Source: a virus
Strand: one strand, 5' to 3'
IMG/VR virus record: IMGVR_UViG_3300048583_000181
Coordinates: 1-39,861 of that record
Length of the DNA: 39,861 nucleotides
Under the pieces are notes generated by a model. That model ran no database searches, was not told where the DNA came from, and saw only the letters and a list, made by a program, of their open reading frames with translations. The position numbers were made by a program, and so were the translations under genes. Shown here one piece after another: positions 20,824-30,736 of the stretch (positions within the stretch are counted from its first letter, which is position 1; each line of letters starts with the position of its first letter).

Positions 20824-22034
20824 CCCGCCATTTCGACAACTGGATTTCCTCTTTTCTGGATTATTCTTCCTACGGCGAAGCTCCGCGGCATATGTATTTC
20901 TGGACAGCAGTTTCTACTATTGCTGGAGCCCTCCGCCGGCGGGTATGGATTGACCAAGCCTATTTTCGGTGGTATCCCAACTTCTACATTGTTATCGTCG
21001 CACCTCCAGGCATTGTCTCCAAATCGACCACCGCTGGCATTGGTATGCAACTTCTCCGACGAGTTCCTGACATTCGCTTCGGCCCTGATGTGGTTACATG
21101 GCAGGCACTTGTTCAGTCCTTCGCCGAATCAGCAATGACTTTTGAGCTTGGCGGAGAGTATTATCCAATGTCGGCGTTGACGATTGAGTCGTCGGAGTTT
21201 GGAAACCTACTTAACCCGCAGGACAAGGAAATGGTAGATCTGCTCGTCTCTCTCTGGGACGGTAAGCAGGGGACATTCGAGAAGAAAACCAAAGCCTCTG
21301 GCAATGACGAAATTACCAACCCCTGGATCAACCTAATTGCCTGCACAACCCCTTCGTGGATTGCAGGTAATTTTCCAGAATACATGATCGGCGGGGGGTT
21401 TACTTCCCGCTGCCTATTCGTATACGCCGATGCAAAGTCCAAATACGTCGCCTATCCTGGTCTTGAAGTCCCCCGGAACCTCAGTCAGATGTCGCATATG
21501 CTGGTCGAAGACTTGACCCGCATCAGCGAGATGGCCGGTGAATATCGCATGACTCCACAAGCCATTGAATGGGGTAAAGCTTGGTATGAAGCCCACTACG
21601 CGACGAAAAATCTCGACCTCGATCAAGACCGTTTCGGTGGCTATATTGCCCGCAAGCAAACTCATATCCACAAACTCGCCATGATCCTTGCGGCAGCAGA
21701 AAGTTCGGAATTGAAGCTAACCGCAGAACACCTAGCCACCGCCGCAAAGATGGTGACTGACCTCGAACCCGATATGCAGCTGGTTTTCTCCAAAATCGGA
21801 AAGGCCGAGGACTCTGTCTACATTGACCGGCTGATTGAATACGTCGTCAAGCGCAAATCTTGTCCGTGGGCTGACGCTTATCGTTTCGTCCACGCACACT
21901 TTCCGAAAATCCAAGACTTTGAAGCTATGATTACTGGGGCTATTCGCGCGGAATATCTCGAATTAAAGCAAGAGGCCGGAGGGATGATCCTCCGGCCTGG
22001 ACGGGGTTTGAAGATTGTCGAAAAGCCGATTTAA
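20820..22034 (+). CDS. Putative replication P-loop protein (DUF3987/VirE-like helicase class)
   Basis: ATGA overlap with the HNH gene. P-loop-like VAPPGIVSKST and a Walker B-like segment. It is the last gene of the replication arm. Confidence 0.45.
   Translation: MTRHFDNWISSFLDYSSYGEAPRHMYFWTAVSTIAGALRRRVWIDQAYFRWYPNFYIVIVAPPGIVSKSTTAGIGMQLLRRVPDIRFGPDVVTWQALVQSFAESAMTFELGGEYYPMSALTIESSEFGNLLNPQDKEMVDLLVSLWDGKQGTFEKKTKASGNDEITNPWINLIACTTPSWIAGNFPEYMIGGGFTSRCLFVYADAKSKYVAYPGLEVPRNLSQMSHMLVEDLTRISEMAGEYRMTPQAIEWGKAWYEAHYATKNLDLDQDRFGGYIARKQTHIHKLAMILAAAESSELKLTAEHLATAAKMVTDLEPDMQLVFSKIGKAEDSVYIDRLIEYVVKRKSCPWADAYRFVHAHFPKIQDFEAMITGAIRAEYLELKQEAGGMILRPGRGLKIVEKPI
21973..21998. terminator. 10-bp GC-rich hairpin at the convergence point; likely the terminator of the minus-strand late operon
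   Basis: AGGCCGGAGG pairs with CCTCCGGCCT, loop GATGAT. It lies inside the last 20 codons of 20820..22034 and 33 nt past the stop of 22031..22267. On the minus strand it is followed by CUUGCUUUAAUU. Confidence 0.5.
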
Positions 22035-22267
22035 TCACCTTCATCAATAATCTTCTGCAACTTCGCAAACACAATCTTCTCCTGAACCGCAACTGCCGTG
22101 TAAAGTGCCTGCGCGGCTTTTGCTGTATCGGTGTCAGCTTTCTCCACCCCGTCAAGCAGCCCCGCCACGATCTTCGCTGCTTCGACCGCAAACTGCATTT
22201 TGTCCGATTGCAGCGCATCAGCCAGCAATCCACCGACACGAATTAAATCTTCCAAATTGATCTTCAT
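22031..22267 (-). CDS. Hypothetical protein (78 aa); last gene of the late arm
   Basis: ATGA overlap with the upstream gene, and GGAGAGG RBS. Its stop overlaps the stop of the convergent plus-strand gene by 3 nt (22032..22034). Confidence 0.65.
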   Translation of the reverse strand: MKINLEDLIRVGGLLADALQSDKMQFAVEAAKIVAGLLDGVEKADTDTAKAAQALYTAVAVQEKIVFAKLQKIIDEGD

Positions 22268-22479
22268 TTCACCTCTCCCAAGCACTCAACCCGCGCATTT
22301 TTCAAGCGGTCGATTTCGACCTGCGCTTCATCCGCCGATAGCGCCCCGGTGGCGATACGCGAATTGACGGCGGATAAATCCGCCGAATAGGCCCCGCACG
22401 CCGCTATACGCGCCGCGTCACCCCCGGAAACGCACCCGGATAGGGCGATTGCCGCCCCGATCACCAGCCAAGTTTTCAT
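22264..22479 (-). CDS. Small lipoprotein (o-spanin-like candidate)
   Basis: Signal peptide plus lipobox: MKTWLVIGAAIALSGC. Confidence 0.6.
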   Translation of the reverse strand: MKTWLVIGAAIALSGCVSGGDAARIAACGAYSADLSAVNSRIATGALSADEAQVEIDRLKNARVECLGEVK

Positions 22480-22685
22480 ACGTCCTTCTCCTCTTGCTTC
22501 GACGGTTCCAGATTGCTTCTTGGGCGAAAAGTCCCCAATACGCCAATTAAGCCCGAAACTGCTGTGCCGATGCCAACAGCTTCTACTGGATGGTCATAAA
22601 CTGCCATAATACAAGCCATACCAATTAGCACCGCAATCACAAGTAAAATAGCGATAAATGCGATGAGGTTAAATTTATCATTCAT
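22476..22685 (-). CDS. Small membrane protein with two hydrophobic helices (holin-like candidate)
   Basis: Contains LIAFIAILLVIAVLIGMACIMAV and AVGIGTAVSGLIGVLG. TGATG overlap with the upstream gene. Confidence 0.55.
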   Translation of the reverse strand: MNDKFNLIAFIAILLVIAVLIGMACIMAVYDHPVEAVGIGTAVSGLIGVLGTFRPRSNLEPSKQEEKDV

Positions 22686-24811
22686 CAATATGCCCCTGCA
22701 TCAGCGCCAGTTGCCGGTCGCAGCACGCCCGTGATTGTCCATGGCATCGGCGTCTGTGTGACAATCGACTTGGCTGGCGAGGTCAATTGCAGCGCGTAAT
22801 CGCCGCCGCCTGCTGTCGGCGTGCCCACATTGTTGCTTGACTGATCGTTGACAAACTGCGCCGACACCGCCGGCCCGACTGCTGCAACGATAGAGTTTAG
22901 CCCGAAATACTCCACACGCTGATTGGCGTTGTTGTTGAAGCCGATAAAATTGCCCCGGCTGTTGACGCCCATACCGAAGTTCCAGTTGCCGGTAAAGTCG
23001 CCGCCGTTCTGGACAAAGGTGTCAGACTTCCACGGCACGCGGCCCTTCCAGACGCAGCCAATCCATGACCAGTTGCGATGCTGTCGGTTCGTGCCGGCAA
23101 CGTCATTATAAGCCGCATTGAAGCGCGCGTTATCCTGAAACCCTGCCGACACCACATGCCAGACCAGAAAGTGATTGCTGTTCGATGTTGCGCCATCGGC
23201 TTGGAAAGACCAGCGGTTGATTTCGGTCGCGGCGCACTCCTCAAACACCACATTGGCGATGATCGTGCCTGTTGACATGCCCGCCGAGCGCCCGAAAGCC
23301 GACTGCGCTGCATCGGTAAAGGTGCCGACGCGCGACGATACCAGAATGAACGGCGTGCCGCCCGCGATGACACGGCAATTCGTAAAGTCGCAGCCCTGCA
23401 CATTATAGCCCTGAATGTCGGTCGCGTTCAAATTGTCTGACGTGCAGCCGATAAGCGCCGTGACCGGATTGGTGCCGGCGTTAAACCATGCCGAGCCGCT
23501 GGCGACGTTCGTGAAGCGCGTGTTGAACGCCTTTGGCCAGATTGCCGGCGAACCGCTGCCCAGGTTGCCAGCAACACCGCCGCCAGCATTCACATCGCAG
23601 TCATCGAGATAAACCGCCGCCGACGCGGTAGTGTTCGTGAAGAAGCTGTTCGTTCCGCTGCGGGTTATCGAACAACGCCGGATGATGAAGGTGTTTGCCG
23701 CCACGCCGCCGCCTGCCGCGTTCAACACCCGGACATTGAAATTGGCGCGCGAGGCAAAGACATAGCGCGATGAAATGTCGGTGTCCTGCTCGACAATCGG
23801 CGCTGCAATAACCATGTCGCGGCTTGTCACGGAACCGATGAACGAAGCCACGCCCTTGGGATGCAGCCGGATGCCATCAACGGCGTTGACGCCATAAAGA
23901 CTGTTGTTCAAGCTGATTGCGCGCGTGATCGCAACGTCCATCGACGCCGAGGGAGCCGCACGCGCCGCCGCTTCATCTGTGCTGGCAATGCCGCCGCTCA
24001 CGCCGTCCTCCCAATAGGCATGAACCGGCGCTGCGGCCATGGCGACATGCTTGCGGAAAATCAGCCGGCGCGGCGTGCCGACCGTCGTGCCGTTCGCCGT
24101 CGTGTTATAGGTCGTCGTGCCGACGCGAGGGAACACCTCCGCGTTGAGCGAAATCATCCCCGGCGTCGTGCCGAGCGTTTCGCTCAAGGCGGTAATATCC
24201 AGGGTCGCCACAAACTCGCCGATGGCAAAGCCAGATCGTGGGAACGTCCGAAGCGTCTGTGTCGAAACCGTCGCCGAAACGCTGCCGCCGTTCGTGTCGG
24301 TCGCGGTAAAGCGAACCGCCGCGATACCGTGGATATGGTATGCAGTGCAGCGCGCCGTCAGCGAATCGCCGACAACCGTGCGGTCATACATCGTCCACTC
24401 GAAAATCGGCGCGGGGCTTGTTTCTGTGCTGTTGTTCGTCGCCCCCGGCACGCTGTCGGTCGAATAGATGACATGGCTAAGCACCACGCCGGTCGCGGTC
24501 GGGCTGGCATTGTTCGGCCATGCTTGGCGGCGGCGAATTGTCGGCCAGATGTTTTGCACCCACGTGCCAGCCGTGCCGGTGCTGTCATAACCCTGCCGCG
24601 TTACCGCGATGTTGTAGGCCTCAAGCCCGCTATCGGGAGGCGTGCCGTCCCATGTCGCAAAGCCGCCCAGCGCGTCGATGGCCGTCAACGGCGCAGTCAG
24701 CACAGGCGGCGCCCCTCCTCCCGCCTGCACCGTCAGATACGGCACCAGCGGATCGGTCGTCTGCACTCCATACGCCCAAGGCCCGTAACTTTGGATAAGC
24801 GAAAAAGGCAT
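22685..24811 (-). CDS. Tail spike or fibre-like protein (708 aa); beta-helix-like repeats suspected
   Basis: Large G/N/T/A-rich protein with an MPF start like the neighbouring fibre gene and a GGAGG RBS. The fold assignment is inference only. Confidence 0.5.
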   Translation of the reverse strand: MPFSLIQSYGPWAYGVQTTDPLVPYLTVQAGGGAPPVLTAPLTAIDALGGFATWDGTPPDSGLEAYNIAVTRQGYDSTGTAGTWVQNIWPTIRRRQAWPNNASPTATGVVLSHVIYSTDSVPGATNNSTETSPAPIFEWTMYDRTVVGDSLTARCTAYHIHGIAAVRFTATDTNGGSVSATVSTQTLRTFPRSGFAIGEFVATLDITALSETLGTTPGMISLNAEVFPRVGTTTYNTTANGTTVGTPRRLIFRKHVAMAAAPVHAYWEDGVSGGIASTDEAAARAAPSASMDVAITRAISLNNSLYGVNAVDGIRLHPKGVASFIGSVTSRDMVIAAPIVEQDTDISSRYVFASRANFNVRVLNAAGGGVAANTFIIRRCSITRSGTNSFFTNTTASAAVYLDDCDVNAGGGVAGNLGSGSPAIWPKAFNTRFTNVASGSAWFNAGTNPVTALIGCTSDNLNATDIQGYNVQGCDFTNCRVIAGGTPFILVSSRVGTFTDAAQSAFGRSAGMSTGTIIANVVFEECAATEINRWSFQADGATSNSNHFLVWHVVSAGFQDNARFNAAYNDVAGTNRQHRNWSWIGCVWKGRVPWKSDTFVQNGGDFTGNWNFGMGVNSRGNFIGFNNNANQRVEYFGLNSIVAAVGPAVSAQFVNDQSSNNVGTPTAGGGDYALQLTSPAKSIVTQTPMPWTITGVLRPATGADAGAY

Positions 24812-24900
24812 ACTCTACCTCCAAAGCGCCATGGTGTTCAGACAAGTCCCGACAAGCATAAACAACCAAGGCATAATTAACTGTTCCATAAATTCTGACC

Positions 24901-25149
24901 CTACTCTTTTCTTTTCGACAGCAATTCCAAAGAAGCCTCCATCCGCGCAATTGCTTTGGAATCCTCCACACTCCGGCGTTCGAGCACCTCCACTCGTCTG
25001 CCGGTTTCTTCATTGGTCGTCCAGAGAACAGCTGCTTGCCAGACGAACCCAATCATTGTCAGCACAGTGGAAAACCAAGCCAGGATAATTTGCTTATTTT
25101 CTTGGCGACTTTTGTAAAAATCACCTTTTTGACCTTCTTCGTCGTGCAT
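24901..25149 (-). CDS. Small single-pass membrane protein with a coiled-coil tail (holin or i-spanin-like candidate)
   Basis: Transmembrane segment IILAWFSTVLTMIGFVWQAAVLW followed by a charged helical tail. Confidence 0.5.
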   Translation of the reverse strand: MHDEEGQKGDFYKSRQENKQIILAWFSTVLTMIGFVWQAAVLWTTNEETGRRVEVLERRSVEDSKAIARMEASLELLSKRKE

Positions 25150-25171
25150 GAATAAAAGGCCTTAAATATTT

Positions 25172-25627
25172 TTAGTCAAAGGCTTCAGCGTAGACGGTGA
25201 TGTCAGAAGAAGCGGAAGCGGAAACGCTGTCGGTAGCTGTGCAGCGATAGACGCCTTCCTTGAAAGTGCCGGCGCTTAGCGTTGTAGTGAACGTAGTTGA
25301 TGCTGACGATTCGCTGTTGACGGTGAAGGTGTCACCAGAAACGTGCGTCCAAGCATAAGAATACCCCGGCGTGCCGCCCGTCGCTGTCGCCGTCGCAGCG
25401 GCAGTTGTCACACTGCCCGCGCCAGTGCGAAAGCCCGATGGCGTGCCGCTGATAAACACCGCCAGCCCCGCACTTGCCGACTTACCGAGAAAATCCGCCA
25501 TCGTAATCGCGCCGCTGGACGGAAAGCCCGGCTTGCCAATGAACGAGCGCAAGCTGATAGGCAACGACAGCCCGAACTCGGTGGCAATCGCTTGCATCGA
25601 CAGCGGAAAGGACGCTGGCAACGTCAC
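25172..25627 (-). CDS. Hypothetical tail-fibre-associated protein (151 aa)
   Basis: ORF track entry. It overlaps the fibre gene stop and has S/T/A-rich repeats. Confidence 0.5.
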   Translation of the reverse strand: MTLPASFPLSMQAIATEFGLSLPISLRSFIGKPGFPSSGAITMADFLGKSASAGLAVFISGTPSGFRTGAGSVTTAAATATATGGTPGYSYAWTHVSGDTFTVNSESSASTTFTTTLSAGTFKEGVYRCTATDSVSASASSDITVYAEAFD

Positions 25628-26724
25628 AGCGCGGCCTCCAATGCAGCAATCCGGCTTGCCAACACTTGCACCGCGCCGATCAAGTCCGCGACAATGTTTT
25701 GATAAGCCAGCGACTTCAACCCGTCGCCATCGGTATGGACATATTCGCGCCGCACTTCCTCGACCTCTTGCGCGATAAGGCCAATCTGGCGCGAACCGTC
25801 GCTGATACGGGTAAAGCGCACCGGACGCATGGCGGTGACAGCCTCAAGCGCGCCAGTCAGCGGCTCAATATCGGCTTTCAAGCGCCGGTCAGAATTGGCG
25901 GTGACGTTGCCGGAAAAGACCGCATTGCCAGAGGCGTCGAGCGTCATGACAGTCGCAGTGTTAATCTGCATCCGAAAGCCGGAAAAATCGTTACCGCCTT
26001 GCAGGTCGCAGTTGTCGCCAAGCCGAATGACGCCGCCGTTCGTGCTGCCCTTTTGCACCCGCAGCCCGACAGCATCGCTGTAGGAAATGCTGCTGGTGGA
26101 TGCGCCATATTGTATCTGCCATCCGGCGAAATCGGTGCCACCGAAGAACCAGACGTTGTTACCGAGTTGGACAAGCCCTTGATTGGTGCCGATGTTCCTC
26201 ACGACCAGTGCAGGCGTAGTGCCCACCGCGGTGTCGGACTGTATCTCAACTTGCCCGGTAAAATCCGGCGCGTTCAGCGGTGCACCGCCAAGAGCTGCTA
26301 ATCCCGCTGCGGCTGTCGTCTGCCCCGTCCCGCCAGTTGCAATGCTCTCAACCGCACCTGCAGTTTTAAAATCTGAGGTATTATTCAGCGCTGCGGTTCC
26401 CAAGCCAAGATTTGTCCGAGCCGTCGCCACACTCGGTAGATCAGAAAGATTACTTACCTTCAGCAAGTAATTTCCCAAAGTCCCAAGCGTTGCCGCATCT
26501 GTCGACGCCACTGGAGCGGCCAAATTTGTCCCGCGAAAGCCGCCGAAATTCAAATTTCCCGTCATCGCCGCTTGTCCGTCCCGCACCAGCGTCTTGGACA
26601 GTCCATTCGACATCACATCGACCGTGAAGTTATTGTAAGCTGTGGACGAGATCGTTGTCCCTGTTACTGCGGGATAGTCGGGGGCGGGAAGGGGGACAAA
26701 AGTGCCTGAGCCGTTGAAGGGCAT
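25624..26724 (-). CDS. Tail fibre with a C-terminal intramolecular chaperone (peptidase S74-type) domain
   Basis: C-terminal SDRRLKADIEPLTGALEAVTAMRPVRFTR...IGLIAQEVEEV...LAYQNIVADLIGAVQVLASRIAALE matches the S74 auto-cleaving chaperone signature. The N-terminus MPFNGSGTF is fibre-like. Confidence 0.8.
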   Translation of the reverse strand: MPFNGSGTFVPLPAPDYPAVTGTTISSTAYNNFTVDVMSNGLSKTLVRDGQAAMTGNLNFGGFRGTNLAAPVASTDAATLGTLGNYLLKVSNLSDLPSVATARTNLGLGTAALNNTSDFKTAGAVESIATGGTGQTTAAAGLAALGGAPLNAPDFTGQVEIQSDTAVGTTPALVVRNIGTNQGLVQLGNNVWFFGGTDFAGWQIQYGASTSSISYSDAVGLRVQKGSTNGGVIRLGDNCDLQGGNDFSGFRMQINTATVMTLDASGNAVFSGNVTANSDRRLKADIEPLTGALEAVTAMRPVRFTRISDGSRQIGLIAQEVEEVRREYVHTDGDGLKSLAYQNIVADLIGAVQVLASRIAALEAAL

Positions 26725-26742
26725 GAAAGTCTCCTGATATTA

Positions 26743-26772
26743 CCAGGGGGATATAAAATTAAATCCCCGCGG
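26743..26772. promoter_or_regulatory. Imperfect CCAGGGGGAT / ATCCCCGCGG inverted repeat with an AT-rich loop, between the internal-virion and fibre genes
   Basis: The arms are at 26743..26752 and 26763..26772 and pair at 8 of 10 positions. The loop is ATAAAATTAA. It belongs to the same family as 12888, 35078 and 9913. Confidence 0.5.
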
Positions 26773-26774
26773 GT

Positions 26775-29399
26775 TTATTTTTCCTCTGGCGGGCTATTCG
26801 TCTGCGACATTCCGATGATCGTTGCCAAGATTGCCGCTTTGCGGCGGGACAATTTCGGCGTCTTGCCAAGTTCGATCAGTGTTTCGATATTTTCCGCTGA
26901 CGGGTTAGAGAACAATTCATCGAGTTGTCGAAATGTCTTTGCCTGCGTTCGCAACTTCAACCACCGATAAAACTGGTTCCCCGCGTTCAGGCTCAACAAC
27001 CGCAGCGCTGCCAATCCACGCAACTCGCCAGCAACTTCCGCCAGCTCCCGCATGTTGAGTGAGGTCGGGCGATCCGGCGTCCTTGCATTAGCATTGGCGA
27101 TTTCCCGCAGGTGGTCAAGCCCCCGGTGCATTGCCTGTCGTTCGGAGATTGGGAGTTTGTTAACATCAGCCACCGCGTCGATTGCAATGCGGAGGGCGTT
27201 CATACGGGCAGCGTTTGCCGGTTCGCTGGCGCTGCCCAGCGCTGCGGTTAGCTTCGTGCCGGGCTTTACCGCTGGTCGGCCAGTTGTTTCTTTGCCGAAT
27301 ACTTCCCCCATGAGGTTGTCGAGATAAGACTTAACCGCGGTGCTAAGCGCTGCCGGATCTTTCTGCCCGACGGTGAGCAGGGTCTTCCGCAGCCGCCCGT
27401 CCGTTGCATTTGGCGACTCGCCATCTTGCAGCAGCTTGAACACCGCACCGGCAGAAGCCTCCCCATCGGCATATGTCCCTGCTCGCGGGGTCAGTTTGCC
27501 AATGTCAGTCTCGTCGTGGATCTTGGCAATGTTCGCCTTCGCCGCTTTATAAGCATCATCTGCTGCCGCATACGCCGGGGTGACTTGGTTGCGGAGTGCC
27601 CTCAACGGCGCAATCGCCGCTCCGAGCACACTACCTTCCGAAATATCCGCCGGGCGGGAGTTGAGCTTTGCGCTCGGCAACTGGTGCCGAACGGAGACGA
27701 TGTAATTCTGCAATTCTTTCGTCGTGCGCAGATCTGCAAAGCCGTCGCGAATGGCCATCAGGTCTTCCACCATCTGCTGATTACCGCGCTGGCCAGCAAT
27801 CATCGCGTCGATGCGCGAGCGAGCTTCGGCGATGGCAGATGGCGGAAGCTGGTCAATCCCGGCGACTTTTGCAAGGGCGTTTTCGTGAGCTTCGGCGGCG
27901 TCGAGCCAATCTTTTTGGGCGCGAAGGATAGTTTCTTCCCCCATACGTCCGACACGACCAGCTTCCCCAGGGCTATAATCCCCCTGCATCGTGCCTGTTC
28001 CGCGAGTCACCGGCTGCCGACCTGCCACCAGCGCCCGCACTTCCTGACTCGTCAGTCCGGCATCCAGCAAATCTTGTGCCGAATAACTCGCCCGCGGATC
28101 TTTCCCTTCCCGCACCCGGCGGGCAGCCAGCATTGTGCCGTAGTTGCCCAGTTCGTCAATATTGAACCCGGTCGAGTTGGAAACTTCCCGACCAGCCGCA
28201 AGCTGATCTCTCCGCTCCGCATCTTTCGCGGCCCGCGTGCGATCGGTAAAATCCTCTTCAATCATCCGCCCGCCACCTTCAGCCGACGTAGCCATATCCT
28301 GCCGGCGGGCATCTAGCTCAACACCAGTCGCCGCAGCTTCCCGTTCCGCCGCTGCAATCTGCCGGGCTTTGACTGCTTGCAACTCCGCTTCAAATCCAGC
28401 CGTTGCTGCCTTCTGCAAATCCTGCTGCGCGCCAGTCGCTGCTCGACCGACCTGATTGGCGACGGTCTGCTTGGTAACAATATCCCCCGGCAGCGCGGCA
28501 ACTGTTTCGTTCGCCAGGGTTTGGATTTCCGGCCCTTGCTTGCGAATGTTCTGGGCGACCTTATCCGCTCCGCCAGACTGCATCAGGTTGGTTTGGAGAT
28601 CGGTCAGCGGGTTGCCCGGCCCGCTGTAAGGATCAAGGGTGTTCAGCGACACACCAGACGCACGAGCCTCGCGGGCAGCAGCGCCCGATGCGCGAAGCGA
28701 CTCAACCATATCATCCGACACCGTCCCTGCCAGCGTATCCCGCAGCGGTCGTGGGCCAAGTTCCGACAGCCCGGCCATGCCAAGTCCACCAGCCAGCCCG
28801 CCAGCAATCATCGCCGGAGCCTGCATCGACGATCCGGCAGTTCCTTCTCCCGCAGCCTGCGCGCTTGTCCCCGCCGTTCCGCCGATTATTGCTTCTCGAA
28901 GAAACCGTCCAGTTCCACTGGCTTTACCAAATACCCCACCGCCAAGCGCCCCTCGCACTCCCGCGTCAAGCACCCGCTCGCCAGCTGTCTCCGGCTTCGA
29001 CGCACCGATTGCGTCAGCAAAGTAATTTGTGATCTTTTCATTCGCTGCATTATCTTTCGCGTTCGGGGCGAGCAGATCCATCAGGCCAAGCGGATCGCCT
29101 TGAAAGGTATTCTTCGCCAACATCCCGACATCACCAAGCCCGCGGGCGAGGGAACCAGCCATGAACAGGCCGGACTTTTTGGCGTTTTCCCCAGTCGTTG
29201 GCTGGCGCAGAGTATCGCCGTCCTGCGTTAAATCACCAGTCGGATCGGACGCCGGGAAGTCCGAAGGCGGAACGTCAACCGCCTCAACCTCCGGAATACT
29301 CCGATAAATCTCCGCCAGCCGCGCGGCTGCTTCTACATCCCCCGCAGCATCAGCTGCTTTGAGCGCGGCGAATACTTCTGCTTTGTTTGGATTAGCCAT
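26775..29399 (-). CDS. Large internal virion or ejection protein candidate (874 aa)
   Basis: Assigned from its size, A/G/Q-rich low-complexity helical composition, and position at the end of a three-gene block between the tail tube and fibre genes (T7 gp14-16-like order). Confidence 0.4.
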   Translation of the reverse strand: MANPNKAEVFAALKAADAAGDVEAAARLAEIYRSIPEVEAVDVPPSDFPASDPTGDLTQDGDTLRQPTTGENAKKSGLFMAGSLARGLGDVGMLAKNTFQGDPLGLMDLLAPNAKDNAANEKITNYFADAIGASKPETAGERVLDAGVRGALGGGVFGKASGTGRFLREAIIGGTAGTSAQAAGEGTAGSSMQAPAMIAGGLAGGLGMAGLSELGPRPLRDTLAGTVSDDMVESLRASGAAAREARASGVSLNTLDPYSGPGNPLTDLQTNLMQSGGADKVAQNIRKQGPEIQTLANETVAALPGDIVTKQTVANQVGRAATGAQQDLQKAATAGFEAELQAVKARQIAAAEREAAATGVELDARRQDMATSAEGGGRMIEEDFTDRTRAAKDAERRDQLAAGREVSNSTGFNIDELGNYGTMLAARRVREGKDPRASYSAQDLLDAGLTSQEVRALVAGRQPVTRGTGTMQGDYSPGEAGRVGRMGEETILRAQKDWLDAAEAHENALAKVAGIDQLPPSAIAEARSRIDAMIAGQRGNQQMVEDLMAIRDGFADLRTTKELQNYIVSVRHQLPSAKLNSRPADISEGSVLGAAIAPLRALRNQVTPAYAAADDAYKAAKANIAKIHDETDIGKLTPRAGTYADGEASAGAVFKLLQDGESPNATDGRLRKTLLTVGQKDPAALSTAVKSYLDNLMGEVFGKETTGRPAVKPGTKLTAALGSASEPANAARMNALRIAIDAVADVNKLPISERQAMHRGLDHLREIANANARTPDRPTSLNMRELAEVAGELRGLAALRLLSLNAGNQFYRWLKLRTQAKTFRQLDELFSNPSAENIETLIELGKTPKLSRRKAAILATIIGMSQTNSPPEEK

Positions 29400-30733
29400 C
29401 AGCGGGGCCGATACTTATCGAGAAGGGCTTGGTCGGCGGGAGATAGGTCAGGCGTAACAGCCCCCATTGTCCCTGTATCATCCAGCACTTCAAAAGTTCC
29501 GATTGCATTTGCAACTTCCGGAACCCGTGCGTATTGCTGCTGATACCGTTTGACCTTACCATTATGCCGAGCGACTACTCGTGCACCATCGGATTTTGCA
29601 GCCCGCAGCGCCCGCTGCATTTCGCCAAGCGTCAGCGACAGATCCCCCGCCGTCATACGCTGAGCTGTCTTAACATCGGTGTCTGATGCCGGGCGAAGAG
29701 CCTGCAAGATCGGAAACAGCAGCTGACCAGTTTCGCGCAGATACGTCTGGCTGTTGGTAATCCGCTCATTGGTATCCTTGCCCGTAATGCCAAGCAACTG
29801 CCCTGCGCGGGCAGCGTCAAGTCGCAAGTTGGCCCCAAATCCGTTAATCAGCCCCTTCGACAAAGCCGCATCCGCTCGGTTCAGCGCTGGGCGACCTTGC
29901 ACATAAGTCTCCGCCGCAGTCTGCCCTGCCGACAACCCGTCGATCTGCGCCTTTGGAATTGCCTTACCCAGCGCATCCATTGTCGAGACGTCAAACTTCG
30001 TCGCAATGTTTGTCGTCGGGCGGCCAGCGGCGGCAATGGCCGACTTACTGGAAACAGCCATGGGATTGACTTCAAAGTTACCCATGACCTGCCCGAGAGC
30101 CGGCGTTCCCCGAATGACCGGAGCGGTTGGATCTTGCGGCCCCTGCACAACAGGCATACCAGTCAGCTTTTCCGTGAACACCCCGTTCGTGTTTTCCAGG
30201 TCCTTTGCTTCAATCCCCGGAAGCTGGCGCAAACTGCCATCGCCAAACCGCTGAACCGAAATCACCTTCGTCGGGTCGTTTGGGTCGCGAATGCTGACAA
30301 CATCTTTGACCTGCGAACCGCCCTTCAGCTTTTCGCCATAAGCGTCCATATACGGCTTTGCCAGCGCGGCAATCATCGGGTCGTTGGTGCTGGCAATGGC
30401 GTTGATAATCGCAGAATAGTCCGGCGCAGCCGTCGTCCCATCTGCCCCAGGTGCTGGACTTGCAGCCGCTTGGAATCGTTCAACAGCTGCTTGGCGATCA
30501 GCCATCCGCTGCTGATTAACCCCCCGTTCCATTTCATCCGCCGACTTCCGCCCAGATTTTGCGATGAGTGCCTGTGCGATCTTTGCAAACGGGGTAATGT
30601 AAGACTGCTGTCCATTGTCAACCGTCAGCGACTGCTTCTGCAGCGCTTCCGCAATTTCCCGCTTCCGCGCGATCTCGCCAAGCTGCTGTTCATACCCTGT
30701 GGGGATATACGCCCCCGCGACTTGCGTGACCAT
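29399..30733 (-). CDS. Internal virion protein candidate (444 aa)
   Basis: Assigned from position and composition only. Confidence 0.35.
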   Translation of the reverse strand: MVTQVAGAYIPTGYEQQLGEIARKREIAEALQKQSLTVDNGQQSYITPFAKIAQALIAKSGRKSADEMERGVNQQRMADRQAAVERFQAAASPAPGADGTTAAPDYSAIINAIASTNDPMIAALAKPYMDAYGEKLKGGSQVKDVVSIRDPNDPTKVISVQRFGDGSLRQLPGIEAKDLENTNGVFTEKLTGMPVVQGPQDPTAPVIRGTPALGQVMGNFEVNPMAVSSKSAIAAAGRPTTNIATKFDVSTMDALGKAIPKAQIDGLSAGQTAAETYVQGRPALNRADAALSKGLINGFGANLRLDAARAGQLLGITGKDTNERITNSQTYLRETGQLLFPILQALRPASDTDVKTAQRMTAGDLSLTLGEMQRALRAAKSDGARVVARHNGKVKRYQQQYARVPEVANAIGTFEVLDDTGTMGAVTPDLSPADQALLDKYRPR

Positions 30734-30736
30734 CTT

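Noticed and set aside
24818-24889. 24-aa hydrophobic micro-ORF (MEQLIMPWLFMLVGTCLNTMALWR) between 24901..25149 and the tailspike gene.
   Set aside because: It is too short and has no clear RBS, so it cannot be supported from sequence alone.
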